DNA of 64,000 nucleotides from Epiperipatus broadwayi (Eukaryota > Animalia > Onychophora): NCBI GenBank assembly GCA_028023455.1, contig JAQFVV010000010.1, forward strand, positions 14,198,001 through 14,262,000. The letters are read 5' to 3'. Below are positions 25,952-40,235 of the stretch, piece by piece (position 1 is the stretch's first letter; each line of letters starts with the position of its first letter). The notes beneath the pieces were generated by a model, which was given only the letters and a program-made list of their open reading frames with translations, searched no databases and was not told the DNA's origin. The position numbers and the translations under genes were made by a program.

Positions 25952-27022
25952 CACCTGGGTCTCGTTTTACGCGATAGATAGGTTTCTCAGAAAACATGCG
26001 CAAATGAAATTGCGCAAAAATAGACATAACTTACATTGAAAAAGGGGGGATGCGGTCTGTGATTTTTCAAAATTCACGTAAAAGCAAAGCACCAACGTAA
26101 AATTACTTTAAAATTCGCACAAAAAAAAAAAAAAATAAGGAAATAAAATATGACTAATAAAAAATTTCAAATTTGAAAAAAATTGATACAAGACAAACTT
26201 TTGTTAACTATAATATTTAATTTTATTCAAAATAATATATTTTTATGCATACTTTACAGTACAGTAATTTACATTTTTTTATACACGTTTTAATTATTAT
26301 CGCTATTTTCCAAAACACACGTTCGTTTGCACTCTCATGTTGTGTTAATGTTTTTCTGTTGACAACGTAATTAATCTTTGAGACGATGATTTTATTAATT
26401 GTTTATGAACTTAGACTTATGATAATAAAAAGACATTTATTCACAACTGCTGGGAAAAATTTAATTAAAATTAACAACTAAAAATAAATTCTTATTTTTG
26501 TCTTCAATTTTCAATTCCGTTTAAAAATCAAATTTCACATCACATTATTTCAAGTCGCGTAAGTAATTTTTAAATTGTTAATTACAATTAAAAATCAGAT
26601 TTTAATTACTGACCTTTTAAAAATAAACTTGTGGACACTAAATGATTAATAGTTGATTACGTTCTTTTTTAAAAAGCAAAAACAGAATGTGATTTAAAAT
26701 GCAAAATTAATACGCACAATGTTTGAACAAATTTACATTATAATCTTGTAAAATTTAATGTGTGCATACATAAAATGTGGAAATCATGATTTTAATTTCA
26801 TTATTGCATAAAATCTTACTATTATAAAGCACTGAAAATATTGAAATTACTAAGTTGAAAGTCGAATTCCAATAATGTGCTATTACTTTCAATATAATGT
26901 AAGTGCGCGAAATTTATTATTTAAAGTAATAGCGCATTATCGGAGATCAACTTCCGGTGAAACACGAATTGCGCAACTTCAAAATTGTGTTAAATAAGTC
27001 CGCGTAAAAAGAGACCCAGGTG
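25952..27022. mobile_element. Non-autonomous Tc1/mariner-superfamily DNA transposon
   Basis: TIRs CACCTGGGTCTCGTTTTACGCG / CGCGTAAAAAGAGACCCAGGTG flanked by TA on both sides; no long ORF. Confidence 0.88.
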
Positions 27023-29651
27023 TATAACAAATGTTTAGTTTAACTGAAGAAGATGGATACCAGTTATTAAGCAGCAATTTTTAGTAAAAGTGGATTTTTA
27101 AAAAATTTAAATAAATTATCCCCCTTGTATCCAGGTTTAAAAGCTATTTCAGATTTATTCTAACAGAACTTAGTCTTCCTAATATAGTAAGAATTTCATC
27201 TATACAGTGATTGACTATTTTTTTTTAACACTCTTATCCAAAGGGTTTGCAATTTTAAGATTTTCAGGTATATTGAACAGACACTTCATCAATTAAGAAT
27301 AGCTAGATATTCTTTTACTAAATTATATTGTATAGTCAGCTCAGTTCGCTACTTGGGGGAAAAAAAGATGAGCTTACATGTAAATTTTTTGCAAAATCAT
27401 TATTCCTAATTTGAATTAAATTTCTTGGCCATGCTTGTAAATAGTTGCATATATTTTATGAATATTTTTTACTTATACTAATTTTAAATATATAAGTATA
27501 ATTAATAAAATACTGTTTTCAAACAAATAAACATTAATATTTTATTTAAGATGGCATCAAGATGTATTGAATTTAATAGTTTTGTATTTCAATGTTAATA
27601 GATTTAAAAAAATAATTGAGATTTCTTTATTGTTGATGAAAGATACATGTATTTTTCTTTTATATGGAGATTTGCTAATCTCTGATGGGTTTTTAAGGCA
27701 GCAAAAAGATTTTTTGTAGTTCCTTCTGCAGTTTTTAGTAGGTAGAAGAAGATTATTTTTGCGACATCAATAAAGGTGATTTTCAACAATAACAAAAAAG
27801 ATAATATTTTTTCCATATAATTTTTTGATTAATTTTTTCATTTTCTTTTCTGCCTTTGAAGTTTAACAACATCCAGACTAAGATCTTATGTAAAATTTTA
27901 AAAAGCATTCAGATTTACAGAGGGTGATCTCATTTTCTTCCTTTTAAATCTATTTTCTACATATTGTTCAAATGCAGTAATATTTGTTATTTCTTTAGAA
28001 GTGAATGGATGCTTGGAAATTTCATAATTATCTAAGAATCACTCTTTTCAACAACAAGTGATACAGCAGAGAAATTGTTTAAACTATAATTTTAAAACTA
28101 ATTGTTAGATTTAATAAATGGTCTTCATCAAACAATTTTTATAATGAGAACTTCTATATAAAGTTTAAGAAATTTTGGTTATAATTTAAAAAAAAAAACA
28201 AAAAACTGAGCAGTTTCTAGATTCTATACATGGACTACTAAAAACCAAAAACAGTAAATCTTCCATAATGCAAATAAATGATTAAAATTAATGAAAAACA
28301 TTCGTAATTATGTATGTCAGCAATGTATTTGAAATGATTATTGTCTATTGCTATTTAAAGTAGTTTTAAATTATAAGCTAATTTTAAGATTATAAGAAAT
28401 AAGTTTTAAACAGTTTTTTATTTTATTTATAATAATGTTAGTAAATTTAAGTATAGAGAGTTGTTTTTTTTTTTTTGTAAAAAACAAACAAATAACAAAC
28501 ATATTTTTTTATGACAAATATAAAAAAAAGGGTGGGTGGGATGGGGGATTGGGAATGAATGAAAAGACAGAATTGTTTTGTTAATTGCTTTCAGCTGAAA
28601 CAAATTAATTATATTAATGCAAAAAAATTTAATTCTTTAAATTTGTGATAATTTATTTTAATTTCAAATAGGTTAAACTAAAATAAAATAAGTTAGAAAA
28701 TAAAATAAATGTTTTGTATATTAGAAAGCCTGATTCAACTCATTGAAGATACATATATCCATATATAGATAAATATTTTTATTGGATTGAATAACTTTAT
28801 GACTACTTTTTTAAGCACTTAGGAGCTTATTATTTATAGATTTGTAGTTATTAATTGGCAGATCGAATTATTGCTATGAATTGCATTAAAACTATAATAA
28901 AAGCTATTTAAATTTCATGTTCACTATGAATAAAAAAAATGTAATTAGTATAGTTATTTTTAAATGAATTTGCTTTTATGCTTAAATATTGATAAAAATC
29001 TGTATAAAAATGATTAATAATAAATATTTGAATAATAAATCAATATAATACTTCTGTTAATACAACTTATAAAATACAATATAATAATTCTTCAATTGCT
29101 AAAAACAGAGAACCATTAATATAAATAAATATAACTATTGCCAAGCGCTTTCAATTCTTACAAGTCCTTATCAAGGCAGTAAAGCACTCACATTTTTTCC
29201 TAAGTGATAAATTCAACATTTTAAAATAATACAGGCCATATATGTAGTCCAAAGGATTTTGCAATATTAAGGCATGAAACATGATTAAAAAATGCAAGAT
29301 TAAAGAATCATATCTTATACAAAATTCATTTTGGGTTATGAATTCAAAATTAATCAGTTTTCAAATTAGTTGTTCCTGGCCTATGCATTGAAATGTTGAA
29401 TTTATCGCTTAGGAGAAAATATGAGTTTTTACTGCCTAGATAAGGACTCATAGGAGTTGAAAGTGCTTGGCAATAGTTATTTTAATTATATTAATGATGT
29501 TTTTAGCAATTGATGAATTGTTATATTGTATTTTATAAATATTTGAATGTAATTAGTATAATTGGTTATGAAATAAGAGCTTATAATAGTTTTTAATATG
29601 TATGAACAAATAAAAAGCAAACATTTGACATTCGATTTTAAAAATTTTTAG

Positions 29652-29810
<159 letters not shown>

Positions 29811-29904
29811 TAATAGTTATTGATGATAAGTTATAAGTGTTATTTTCAGTTACTCTATAATGTAGTCTAGTATTGTATAGTTAAAAGAATCTGTTATCAT
29901 TTAG

Positions 29905-30212
29905 TTGCTGGAATGGATCCGCCGCACAACTCCTTGGCTGGAGAACCGCACCACTGATAATACTTTGGGTGGTGTTCAGAAGAAACTTGAAGAATTTCGA
30001 CAGTATAGGCGCAAACATAAACCACCTCGTGTTGAACAAAAGGCTAAACTGGAGACTAATTTCAACACCTTACAGACTAAATTGCGTCTGAATAATAGAC
30101 CTGCGTATTTACCATCTGAAGGTAAAATGGTGTCAGATATTGCTAATGCATGGCATGGTTTGGAGCAGTCAGAAAAAGGATTCGAAGAATGGTTGCTATC
30201 AGAAATGATGAG
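29905..30212 (+). CDS. Actn: Actn exon (spectrin repeat 1): [15 protein letters not shown]...[13 protein letters not shown](R)
   Basis: tttag| acceptor, AG|gtaata donor, 308 nt, phase 0-2; coincides with ORF 29905..30216. Confidence 0.98.
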
Positions 30213-31120
30213 GTAATACTACCTTGCAGAGTATTTAAAATTATAATGTAAAACATTGATTTTTTTTTTTACAATAAAAGTCAGTCAATTTAGAAGTGAA
30301 GTTCATGTACTTAATAGTTTCATTTAATAAACTTTAGAAGATTTTTAGAACATTTATAATATGAGTAAGGTGTAACTGCAACTGTAGCAGCAATTGTAAG
30401 TTAATATAGTATAATGAAAGAAGAAAATGCTTGGCAGCAGTAATAAAAGTTAGTTAAAATTGTATGATTTGACTGTGATATTTATATTTTTATAGTATTT
30501 ATTTTGATATTCGTAAATCTAATTAATCACTTCTGAATTTAATTAATCTTCATTATTAATCTTTGGACTAAACTTAATAATAAATTTATTATTATTTTTA
30601 TTCTGTTACTTTTTATGTAATAGTAGGTATACTTGGTTATTTAAACATATATTGGTAGAAATTATTTTTAAGAATGTTGAACTTGGGATATTATAAATAA
30701 ATATTGATTTCAAGAAACATAATGGATATTAAAAAGTTAGAGCAGAGGCTGTTATTTTTATTTCCTCCAAACTCAGAAATTATTTAAAAATAGGTTGCTA
30801 TCTGAAAATTGATGTCTTCAAAGTAAACATTAAATTGTGAAGTTTTATTAGAATCATATACTTAAAAACATTATCTTGTAATTATCAAAAGGGAACAAAC
30901 AAATAAGCAAGTCAGACATTTAAACTGGAAAGTAGAACTGAATCCAATAAATTTCAATAAGTAATTATTTTTATTATGATTATCTATTGCTATACAACAA
31001 AATTAAAAACCTTAAAAATTGAAAGCTCTGGAATTTATTGTCAGAAGAGTTTATTAATAAGAAATAAAACAAATGTAGTAAGAACAATTTTTGAAATTAA
31101 AATATAATCCTCCCCCCCCC

Positions 31121-31200
31121 CCATGTGTCATAGCATCAGCTGGGAAGCAAACCCACTAACCCGGAACAACTGCTTGTAAAGCAGCATCTCGACCACCAAT
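31121..31200 (-). mobile_element. Second, more degenerate copy of the same SINE
   Basis: atgtgtcatagcatcagctgggaagcaaaccc matches 37180-37210. Confidence 0.55.
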
Positions 31201-31747
31201 GATTGACAATTAAAATATAATTGAAAATGAATGATTATTTAAAATTGAATGAATGATAATAGGTGTTATTAATCTATGTAATTTCAAATAAGTTTTTAGA
31301 TATGCAAATACAAACCTTTTATAAATGCATAAAATAGCATCAAGTAAGTAGTTAATTTTTTTTAATATAGTAAGAATAGTAATAACTTGTTGTAGTTATT
31401 TCTAGAAAATGAATTATTTAATAAGAGAGGAATGGAAAAGAAATATTAATTATTTGCAAATGGTATTAAATCAGCAAATATATTTTGTTTTATTGATGAC
31501 AATTATGTGTAGATAATAAATTATATTAAATAATTAACGAAGGTTGGTGGGATACAGCTATGATCTACAAGATTTTTGGCCCAAACTATAGTCTTTGTGA
31601 GAGGTGTATATATATATTTAAATATATTTTGTCCCTCTCAAATAATGAGACTAGATTATCATTAAAGGTTAAGTGTGTAGTATATACATATTCATTTATG
31701 GTGATTATGAGCTGTGATTTTATATAATTGATAGTCATTATCTAGTT

Positions 31748-32146
31748 CAGGGGTTCCCAACCCTATGCCCGCGGGCACCATGGCACCCGCAGACCATTTT
31801 ATGTGTGCCCGCTGCTATCCGAATACGATAAAAAACTATTTATCTGATACAAATAAATTTAATTTTTAAAATTTCTTATAAATTATTGTATTATATTGTA
31901 ATCAAATTGTAGGTCATACTATACTTTTACAGCGTAAAAATATAAACATTAATTATATATTAAAATTTTATTTTTGAAATAAACATTTTTTTGTACATTA
32001 TGTGTATTATTAACAATATCCAACTATAAATTTACATTGAAAAAATAAATGGTGCCCGCCATCTGGTTGAAAAAAATAAATGGTGCCCGCCACCTGGCCA
32101 GTATTATAGAATGTGCTCTTAAGTGCAAAAAGGTTGGGGACCCCTG
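31748..32146. mobile_element. hAT (Charlie-like) MITE
   Basis: TIRs CAGGGGTTCCCAACC / GGTTGGGGACCCCTG; perfect 8-bp TSD ATCTAGTT (31740-31747 and 32147-32154); subterminal GGTGCCCGC repeats. Confidence 0.92.
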
Positions 32147-32378
32147 ATCTAGTTGATTTGGATTTTGAGTAGTCTAGCCATATCTCAAGGTTGATACAGC
32201 AATCAACCCAAGTTTATATCGAATATATTAATAAAGACAATTGATTATCAGTTAAGTTCAATTAGTCATGTAACTTTTTTTTTTATAAATTCAAGAGTTC
32301 TTTTTTCTAATTATCAGTTTTGAAATATACATAGTTAATTCCTTACCAAGTGTAATTGAATTTAGCTGAATATGTCTT

Positions 32379-32598
32379 CACTAAACATCTCATGATCACC
32401 ATTCTTTATGCTTACACAAACTGTTAATACAAAGGGAAAACTCTCCATACAATTGCACCACTCAGTCCCAAGCTAAAAACTAGTCTGGGAATATTGGATG
32501 AGTAGGCGCTAGATGGGGATTTTATGCATAAACCTTCCTGCATCCATTGATTACTCTGGATTGCACTGAGTGGCACTACTATATGGAGAGTTTTGCCT
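32379..32598. mobile_element. Family A copy, opposite orientation, deleted
   Basis: Reverse complement of the tail at 32379-32420, then aaaactctccatac and a full right arm ending gagagttttgcc. Confidence 0.8.
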
Positions 32599-33106
32599 TT
32601 GAACATGTCTCATTGAGATATCAGTTTTTAATTCATATTTTTGTCATCATCACCATCATTAAAAACAATAAATAAATTGTTAATATAATGGCTAGTGTTT
32701 TTAATTTCATTTGTATATAATATTTATTTTATATGTGTGTATGTGTATGTATAAAATTCAAGATTACCAAAAATAGCGATATTAATCATTTAGTACAGTA
32801 AGATAGTGATAAGTTTAATTTTAGTTTACAAGCATTCCCCTAGTTACAAACATTCGAATTATAAACATAATCACTTTTGAACTTTAGATCTTTATCTATC
32901 CAAAATTGTACAGTATTTTAGTACTTGAATAATTACAAAATTCCTTTTAGTAATTAACACTACAAGTTTACAGTATCTGATTAAAAAAAAAAGTATTTAC
33001 AGTACATACATTTGCAATTGAATTTTTTCTAAAGACAGGTAAATTTTATAATTTAGAAAATAATAAAAAGTATATTTTAGAGAACAATAAGAACTTATAT
33101 AAAATA

Positions 33107-34830
33107 CAGTAAATCTTCCCATCGTCTGACATTAATTACTTTTATTTTTAGCATTGTCACAGACTATTTTGAACAGAATCATCTTGATTAGTGCTTGTTT
33201 TTAAAAGTAGTTTGTATAAGATTGCGTTACATATATACTGTATATATTTCTGTTTTGGTGATCTCTTTTTCATTCTTATTAATTTAAAACATGAGTGAGA
33301 AACAAAAAAAAGCAGCAGTGTTGATACAACTAAAAAGAAATCAAGGTCTTATAAACCCCAAATGGTCGAGACCAAAATGGATATAATTAAGCGTTCTGAA
33401 AATGATGAAACTTTTGCTTCAATCACACATTCATGTAATTTAAACCAATTAACAATATATATAATTGTGAAAAATAAGAACAAAATTAAGGGAATATGGT
33501 AAAAATTGTGGAAATATTTCTTCAAAGATTGTTTCAAAAAGATATGGCAGAGTAATAGATGAAATGGAGAAATCTTTGGCTTTATGGATTGAAGATCAAC
33601 ATCAAAAAGGCATCTCAGTGAGTTTATCAATTATTCAAGCTAAGGACTTAGTTTGCATGAAGTTCAGAAGAAAGAATTAAAAGAAGACCCTGCTGTTGAA
33701 TTTGTAGCAAACAGTGGCTGGTTTCACAAATTTAAAATGAGATATTCTTTATATAATATTAAATGTACTGCGGGAAAGCTGCCAGTGAATTTCCACTTTC
33801 TCTAATATCATTAAAGATGGAGCTTATTTTCCATGCCTTGTCTTTAATGTGGATTAGACAGGATTATTTTGGAAAAAGATGCCTGCATGTACATATTTAG
33901 CAAAGGAAGAATCAGTTGCACCTGGGCATAAATCTTCTAAAAAAAGATTATCTTTGCTTCTTGGAGGTAATTTAACTGGTGATTTTAAATTGAAGCCAAT
34001 GCTAATTTATCAGACAGAAAGTCCTAGAGCATTGAAAGGAAAAGATAAAAGAATGCTTCCAGTCATTTGGAAATTAAATGCTAAAGCCTGGACTAGGTGC
34101 ACAGCTTTTTCAAGATTGGTTCTCACACCATTTTGTGCCTTCTTTTAGGCAATATTATAGTGAGAATAATTTACCATTTAAAATATTATTGTTCTTAGAC
34201 AATTCGTCTGGACATCCAAAATCTCTGAAAAATTTATATCCAGATGTTAATGTTGTGTTTATCCCTCTCAATACCACAAGTGAAATACAATCTGTGGACC
34301 AAACTGTGTTAGCTACTATTAAGCGGTATTATATGAAAAGCAATCAAGGCAATTGACAAGGAAGGTGAATCTACATTAAGATATTTTTGGAAAAGTTATA
34401 ATATATGGAGTGCAATAAATATTATTAGGGATGCATGGACTGAAATAAGAGAGTCAACAATGAAAGGTTGTTGGAAAAAAATATATCCACAAATGATGAA
34501 TGCTTCTATGGACATTGAAGAAACTCCTGAAGATATCACAACTGAAATAGTCAACTTAATGAATGTAATGAAATTTAGATGTCACTGATGAAGATATTGA
34601 TGAGTTAATACAATCTCACTCAGAACCTCTGTCAAATGAAGACTTGATTAAATTACAAGAGATTAATGAAATACAAAATGAAGAAGAACCTGATAATGAA
34701 CTTATTGTTAAGAGTTTGACAATCAAGAATATGAATGAAGTCTTCATGGATCTCGACAAATTTTTGACCATCATGGAAGAATGTGATCCCAATGGAGATG
34801 TATATCTCATGTATGAAGGGCAATAGGAGA
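33107..34830 (+). mobile_element. Degenerate Tigger/pogo (CENP-B/TIGD1-like) transposase element with frameshifts and stops
   Basis: Fragments APGHKSSKKRLSLLLGGNLTGDFKLKPMLIY..SPRALK, LPVIWK.NAKAW, FQDWF...FVP, KILLFLDN..GHP, VVFIPLNTTSEIQ.VDQ fit a DDE_1 transposase; TA-CAGT left end at 33105; right end approximate. Confidence 0.88.
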
Positions 34831-34906
34831 CACAGAATGTTACATAATTACTATGATGGTCAAATATCCAATATGATTTATTTGTTCATAATGTTGTCAT
34901 AAACAG

Positions 34907-35978
34907 AAATAAATAAATAATCAATCAAACAAGATTGAAATAAACAACTATTAATAATTATATTTAAATATTTATCAAACCGGCTTTCATCTCCATTGAG
35001 ACCTTCTCAAGATATTATATTATAGAATTCACATAAACAAATAATAATATTCACTCCATCTATTGGACATTTTTTACATTATATTTCTTTTTTTTTTTTA
35101 AACATGTCCATATATTATAAATAAATAAATTTAACATATTATATATCTAAAAATTTTAACAATATTTCTCCCAAAAAAATAATAATAATAATAAAATATA
35201 TATTTTACATCTTTTAAAAAATAAAAAATAAATTGGTATTTACATATGTACAACCATTTCCTACACTTTCCAATTGTTTAATAAAGCCCATTTCCCACCT
35301 AATTTAGCTGGACCTTTTACTAAATTTACACATTTGTCTAAGTTTTCTTGAATATATAATGTTTCATAATATATATATTTTCCTCACACTTCATTTTATG
35401 CCTTGTATCTAAATAATGCAAATCAGGGCCATATTTGCATTATTTGGATACAGGGCATAAAATGAAGTGTGAGGAAAATATGTGTTATTAAGTATGTGAA
35501 GAATTACCATAAGAAAATATATTATGAAACATTATATATTCAAGAAAACTTAGACAAATGTGTAAATTTAGTAAAAGGTCCAGCTAAATTAGGTGGGAAA
35601 TGGGCTTTATTAAACAATTGGAAAATGTAGGAAATGGTTGTACATATGTAAATACCAATTTATTTATTTATTTTTTATAAGATGTAAAATATATATTTTA
35701 TTATTATTTTTTTGGGAGAAATATTGTTAAAATTTTTAGATGTATAATATGTTAAATTTATTTATTTATAATATATGGACATGTTTAAAAAGAAAATGAA
35801 ATATAATGTAAAAAATGTCCAGTAGATGGAGTGAATATTATTATTTGTTTATGTGAATTCTATAATATAATATCTTGAGAAGGTCTCAATGGAGATGAAA
35901 GCCGGTTTGATAAATATTTAAATATAATTATTAATAGTTGTTTATTTCAATCTTGTTTGATTGATTATTTATTTATTT
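34907..35978. mobile_element. About 1.07-kb palindrome: inverted duplication of a Penelope-like retroelement 3' end
   Basis: Arms of about 520 bp are near-perfect reverse complements around a 9-nt loop (35424-35432). The right arm reads KSGPYLHYLDTGHK...ETLYIQENLDKCVNLVKGPAKLGGKW*, resembling a GIY-YIG C-terminus, followed by a hammerhead-like motif at 35871-35912. Confidence 0.7.
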
Positions 35979-36434
35979 GTTACATAATTCTTTATCAAGA
36001 GAAGAAAAAGAATACAATTCAATTAACCGTTGATAAATTTGTAAATAAAACTCCAGATACTAATCAATAAAAAAGAAATATTGTATTTTGAAAACCCTTT
36101 TTGATCTTCTTTTACATACCTTGACTTATAAACAATTTCAACTTCCAAACACACATCAAGAACCAATTAAGTTTGTAACTAGGGGACTGCCTGTATATGA
36201 TTGCATAGTTTGTTTAGATTAGTATCAAAACTATAGTGATAAGAATTTAGTAGTTAAGTTATATTTATCATTATCTAGCATAGAAGATTTAGTTGGTATG
36301 AATTTTTATAGGATCAGTTGTGGAAAAGTGATAATAATAGTGAAAGTAAAAATAATTATATTAAGTTGAAGATTTATAGAAGTAATTATGTATATATATT
36401 AAAAATAATGAACTTAATTTTTTTATATATATAG

Positions 36435-36564
36435 ACTGGAGCGTTTGGATCACCTTGCTCAAAAATTTAAGCACAAAGCTGATATTCATGAAGAATGGAC
36501 TCATGGAAAAGAAGAAATGTTGCAAAGTGCAGATTTTAGGCAATGCAAACTTAATGAATTAAAA
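36435..36564 (+). CDS. Actn: Actn exon (SR1/SR2): (R)LERLDHLAQKFKHKADIHEEWTHGKEEMLQSADFRQCKLNELK
   Basis: atag| acceptor, AAA|gtaagt donor, 130 nt, phase 2-0. Confidence 0.97.
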
Positions 36565-36690
36565 GTAAGTTGAGTCATGTTCCGCATTTTAACAAATTGA
36601 ATATTTGTAATGGCTGACAGAAATTTATAGAAAAGTACTCCAATGGTAATGAAAAGAAGAGCGCAAACACTGAATATAATCATTAATTAA

Positions 36691-36807
<117 letters not shown>

Positions 36808-37176
36808 TTTTGGAAAACAAAAATTGGGAAAAAAATACTAAAAACTAGTTTGTGTATTGAACAGTCACTCATCAGTCAGACTGGTTTAAACATCTTATTA
36901 ATTCAGAATTTCACTATAAATAATTTTATTTATAAAACAAAAACTTATTATTTGAATTATGGTATGAAAATTTAAATATACACAATTATTAAAGCTGTTT
37001 ATCAAACACAAATATGCAACTCACTTAATATTTAATTGCATTTGTAATTATTTCTAATATTAATGATAATATGCTTCTCATTCCTAAATGAGCTGTTGAG
37101 GATTTGTTTTGTCTGATAAACAACTGTTGAATTCTTTTCCTATGTTATTTTCATTTTTAAAGAATTGTTTTTTTTT

Positions 37177-37270
37177 CCGTATGTCATAGCATCGGCTGGG
37201 AGGTGAACCCGTAACAACCGTCTGCAACGAACTACTTGCTTGCAAGGCAGCTGCGCTGGCCTCTCGGCTA
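37177..37270 (-). mobile_element. tRNA-derived SINE head
   Basis: Minus strand reads TAGCCGAGAGGCC (A box-like) ... GGGTTCACCTCCC (B box-like) then AGCCGATGCTATGACA; no complete cloverleaf. Confidence 0.6.
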
Positions 37271-39232
37271 ACAACGCTTGACTAGAATTGTTTTTTAAGA
37301 TATTTTCACAATAATTTCAGTTTGCATAATACAATAATAAAATTTTATATATTATCAGAAAGTTAAAATATTGCGAAAAGCAAGATGTCGCAGAAAATAT
37401 AATCATTATCATAACTTTTTTTAAAGTTATTCCTCTTGTTTTGAACTTGGAAAATATCAGTTTATTTAAAGCAAAAAAATTTAAATGCCTTTGCACACCT
37501 GTAGTAATCTATGTTTTTTCTTTTAACATCTGGCAAATACTGACTATCTTGACCAGTGCTTTAAAATAACCTATTAATTATTATCTGTCCATTTAATTTG
37601 TTTAAACAGGCTTTTTTTTTAAAATCAATCTTTCTAAGTTAGATTCAATATTTTCAATCATCATAATGGCATAATTAAAATGTTTAAATTTCTTAGGATG
37701 ACCAAAAACATTGGAATTCTTTTAAATATAGCTTCAATCTAAATTTAATCTTACTCTTAGTGGTTTCAATATAAAATAACTTCTATTTATTATCTTGCAA
37801 TCTAAGCATTCTATTTTTTAAATTCCTTTCATATTATCTAGACTATTTAATTTATTATTTTCCTCATTTAAACTTTTATGTAAATTAATTTTCTTTATAG
37901 AAACTGGTTAAAATTCATTATTGGATTATATTTTTTGATATATGTCATAATTTTTTTTTTATCTATATTAAGTATTTTTTGCTTACTCTAAAATCCTTAT
38001 GAAATTTTTTTTTATCTTGACGTGATTCTCTTGTTTATTTTTATTTAGCAATTTATTTCTATCTCCTAATAATTTAATTTATTAATCCCTTAGGGTAACT
38101 ACTATATTTCAGTTTTTAATCTTTCACAATTTCGTTTCGTATATATTGTAATATCTTAACCATGACCATAAAAAATGGTTGATACATTGGAAATTTATGT
38201 AAAATATTTGAAATTCAATAAAACAAACAAAATTTGAAGAAATGTTTATGAATTTAAAAAACTGAATCCTATTCCAAAAGAAAATTGGATGGTTGGATTT
38301 TTGGTTTTAAAATGTTGTTTGTTATAAATATACTGGGTTTTTAAAGAACTTTTAATCAGCTGCGAAATTTAATAAATATTAATTTTAACACACGCGTGCG
38401 TGTTTCAAACTATTTTATTGCTAACAATTAAATGATTTTTTTTTTTTTACAAAAATAAGTGCTTACTTTCCTATCAATATAAAATCTTTGTTCAGTAGTA
38501 ATTAAAACAAATATTTCCCATTACTTTATTAATATATTTAAATAATTATAGTGCTGTAAACAGATTACTTTTAATAATTTATTAAATATTCTTTTATTAT
38601 TGTATCAAACTAATAATTTAGTATAATGATTAATTCATCACTCTTTTTACTTCTGTAAAGTCTAATCTCTTACATAGTGATTTGTTTCCTCATTTTTACT
38701 TAACCTCCACTGGCTAATTAATATTTAATTTTTTTTAAAGATAATTACAATAAGAGATTTGAAAAATAAAGATTTGAAGTTATTGTTTAATGAAATGTGA
38801 TTACTTGAGAGCAATTTTCTATTGTAGTCTCAAATGACAACTAAGAAAGTAAAAAAAACCCTCACTTGTCAATTTATTTAATGCACAGTATTTATTTTAT
38901 TTTATAGATATGTAAGATCATTAATGTATTTAAAATTAAACACTTCTGGACTAAATATTATCTGTTGCCAAATTGATGAAGTCTAGTACTCTTAACAATT
39001 TGAAATCCATCCTATTCCTATATAATTTTGTCTGGATATAAAATATATTCCTGATTAGCATTTGACAGATTACTAATGCTCAATCTATATTTAATCTTTT
39101 TGAAAATTGTAATAACTTTTTGAAAAAATTAATATTAAAATTGTTCGTTTTCTCCACCCACTTACTTAGTAAGTTTTTTTAAAAAAAAGATATTTTGTTG
39201 CTGTATTTTCAAAATCATGAATTATAGAGATA

Positions 39233-39541
39233 AGGCAAAACTCCATACAGTAGTGCCACCCAGTGCAAGATAGAATAATCAATGGATGCAAGGTTTGTGC
39301 ATAAAATCCCTAACTAGTGCCTACTCACCCAATATCCCCAGACTAGTTTTCACCAGTGCGCACCTCATCTTAGGATCTAATGCAGTCCTCTAAGCACTAG
39401 ATAGGGATTTTATGCACAAACGTTCTTGCTTCCATTGATTACTCTGGCTTGCAATGGGTGGCACTTCTGTATGGAGAGTTTTGCCTCTGTTATAACAGCT
39501 TGTACAAGCATTGGGAATGGTGATCATGTGATGTTTAGTGG
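39233..39541. mobile_element. Family A copy with central deletion
   Basis: Inverted arms ggcaaaactccatacagtagtgccac / gtggcacttctgtatggagagttttgcc plus tail. Confidence 0.85.
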
Positions 39542-40142
39542 TTTAATTATAGAGATATTGGACGACAGGAAAGCATAGCACTCATCAGTGTTTATTAATG
39601 TACAGCTATTTAGTGAAGTAATAATATCTCTTATAATTTTATTTTAAAATGTGTGTGTTAATTTATTTACTATAATGTGTTTATTTATTTATTTTTCTAT
39701 GTTCAGTAAGAATTGTCACAATTTAATAAAAAATATTACTTAAGTAAATACTATCTTGTGGAAGTCAATATGAAAGATTATTATAGGTTCATAATTTGGT
39801 GTGGATTATAGCAGTTTTTTAATTGAAGAGGGCTAGATTAACAGCATTTTACTTGTATTTCATTATAAATGGATATAATATAAACAGTTTGCTCCGTCTA
39901 TAAATTTATTCCTTAGAATTATATATATACATTTTATTTATTGATCAAAAAAAATTTAATAATATTTTTCTTTTGAATTCTTTTTTAGAATTAAGCTTTT
40001 ATAAGAGTAAATAAAAACTTATGTCATTAAAAATGTTGAATTAATATGATCTTAGTAATATTTTTATTATTTAGAATAATGTTTATATTTGAAGAAAGTT
40101 GATGCATGATTCAGCTCATTGAATAAGAGTATTTTTATTTAG

Positions 40143-40235
<93 letters not shown>

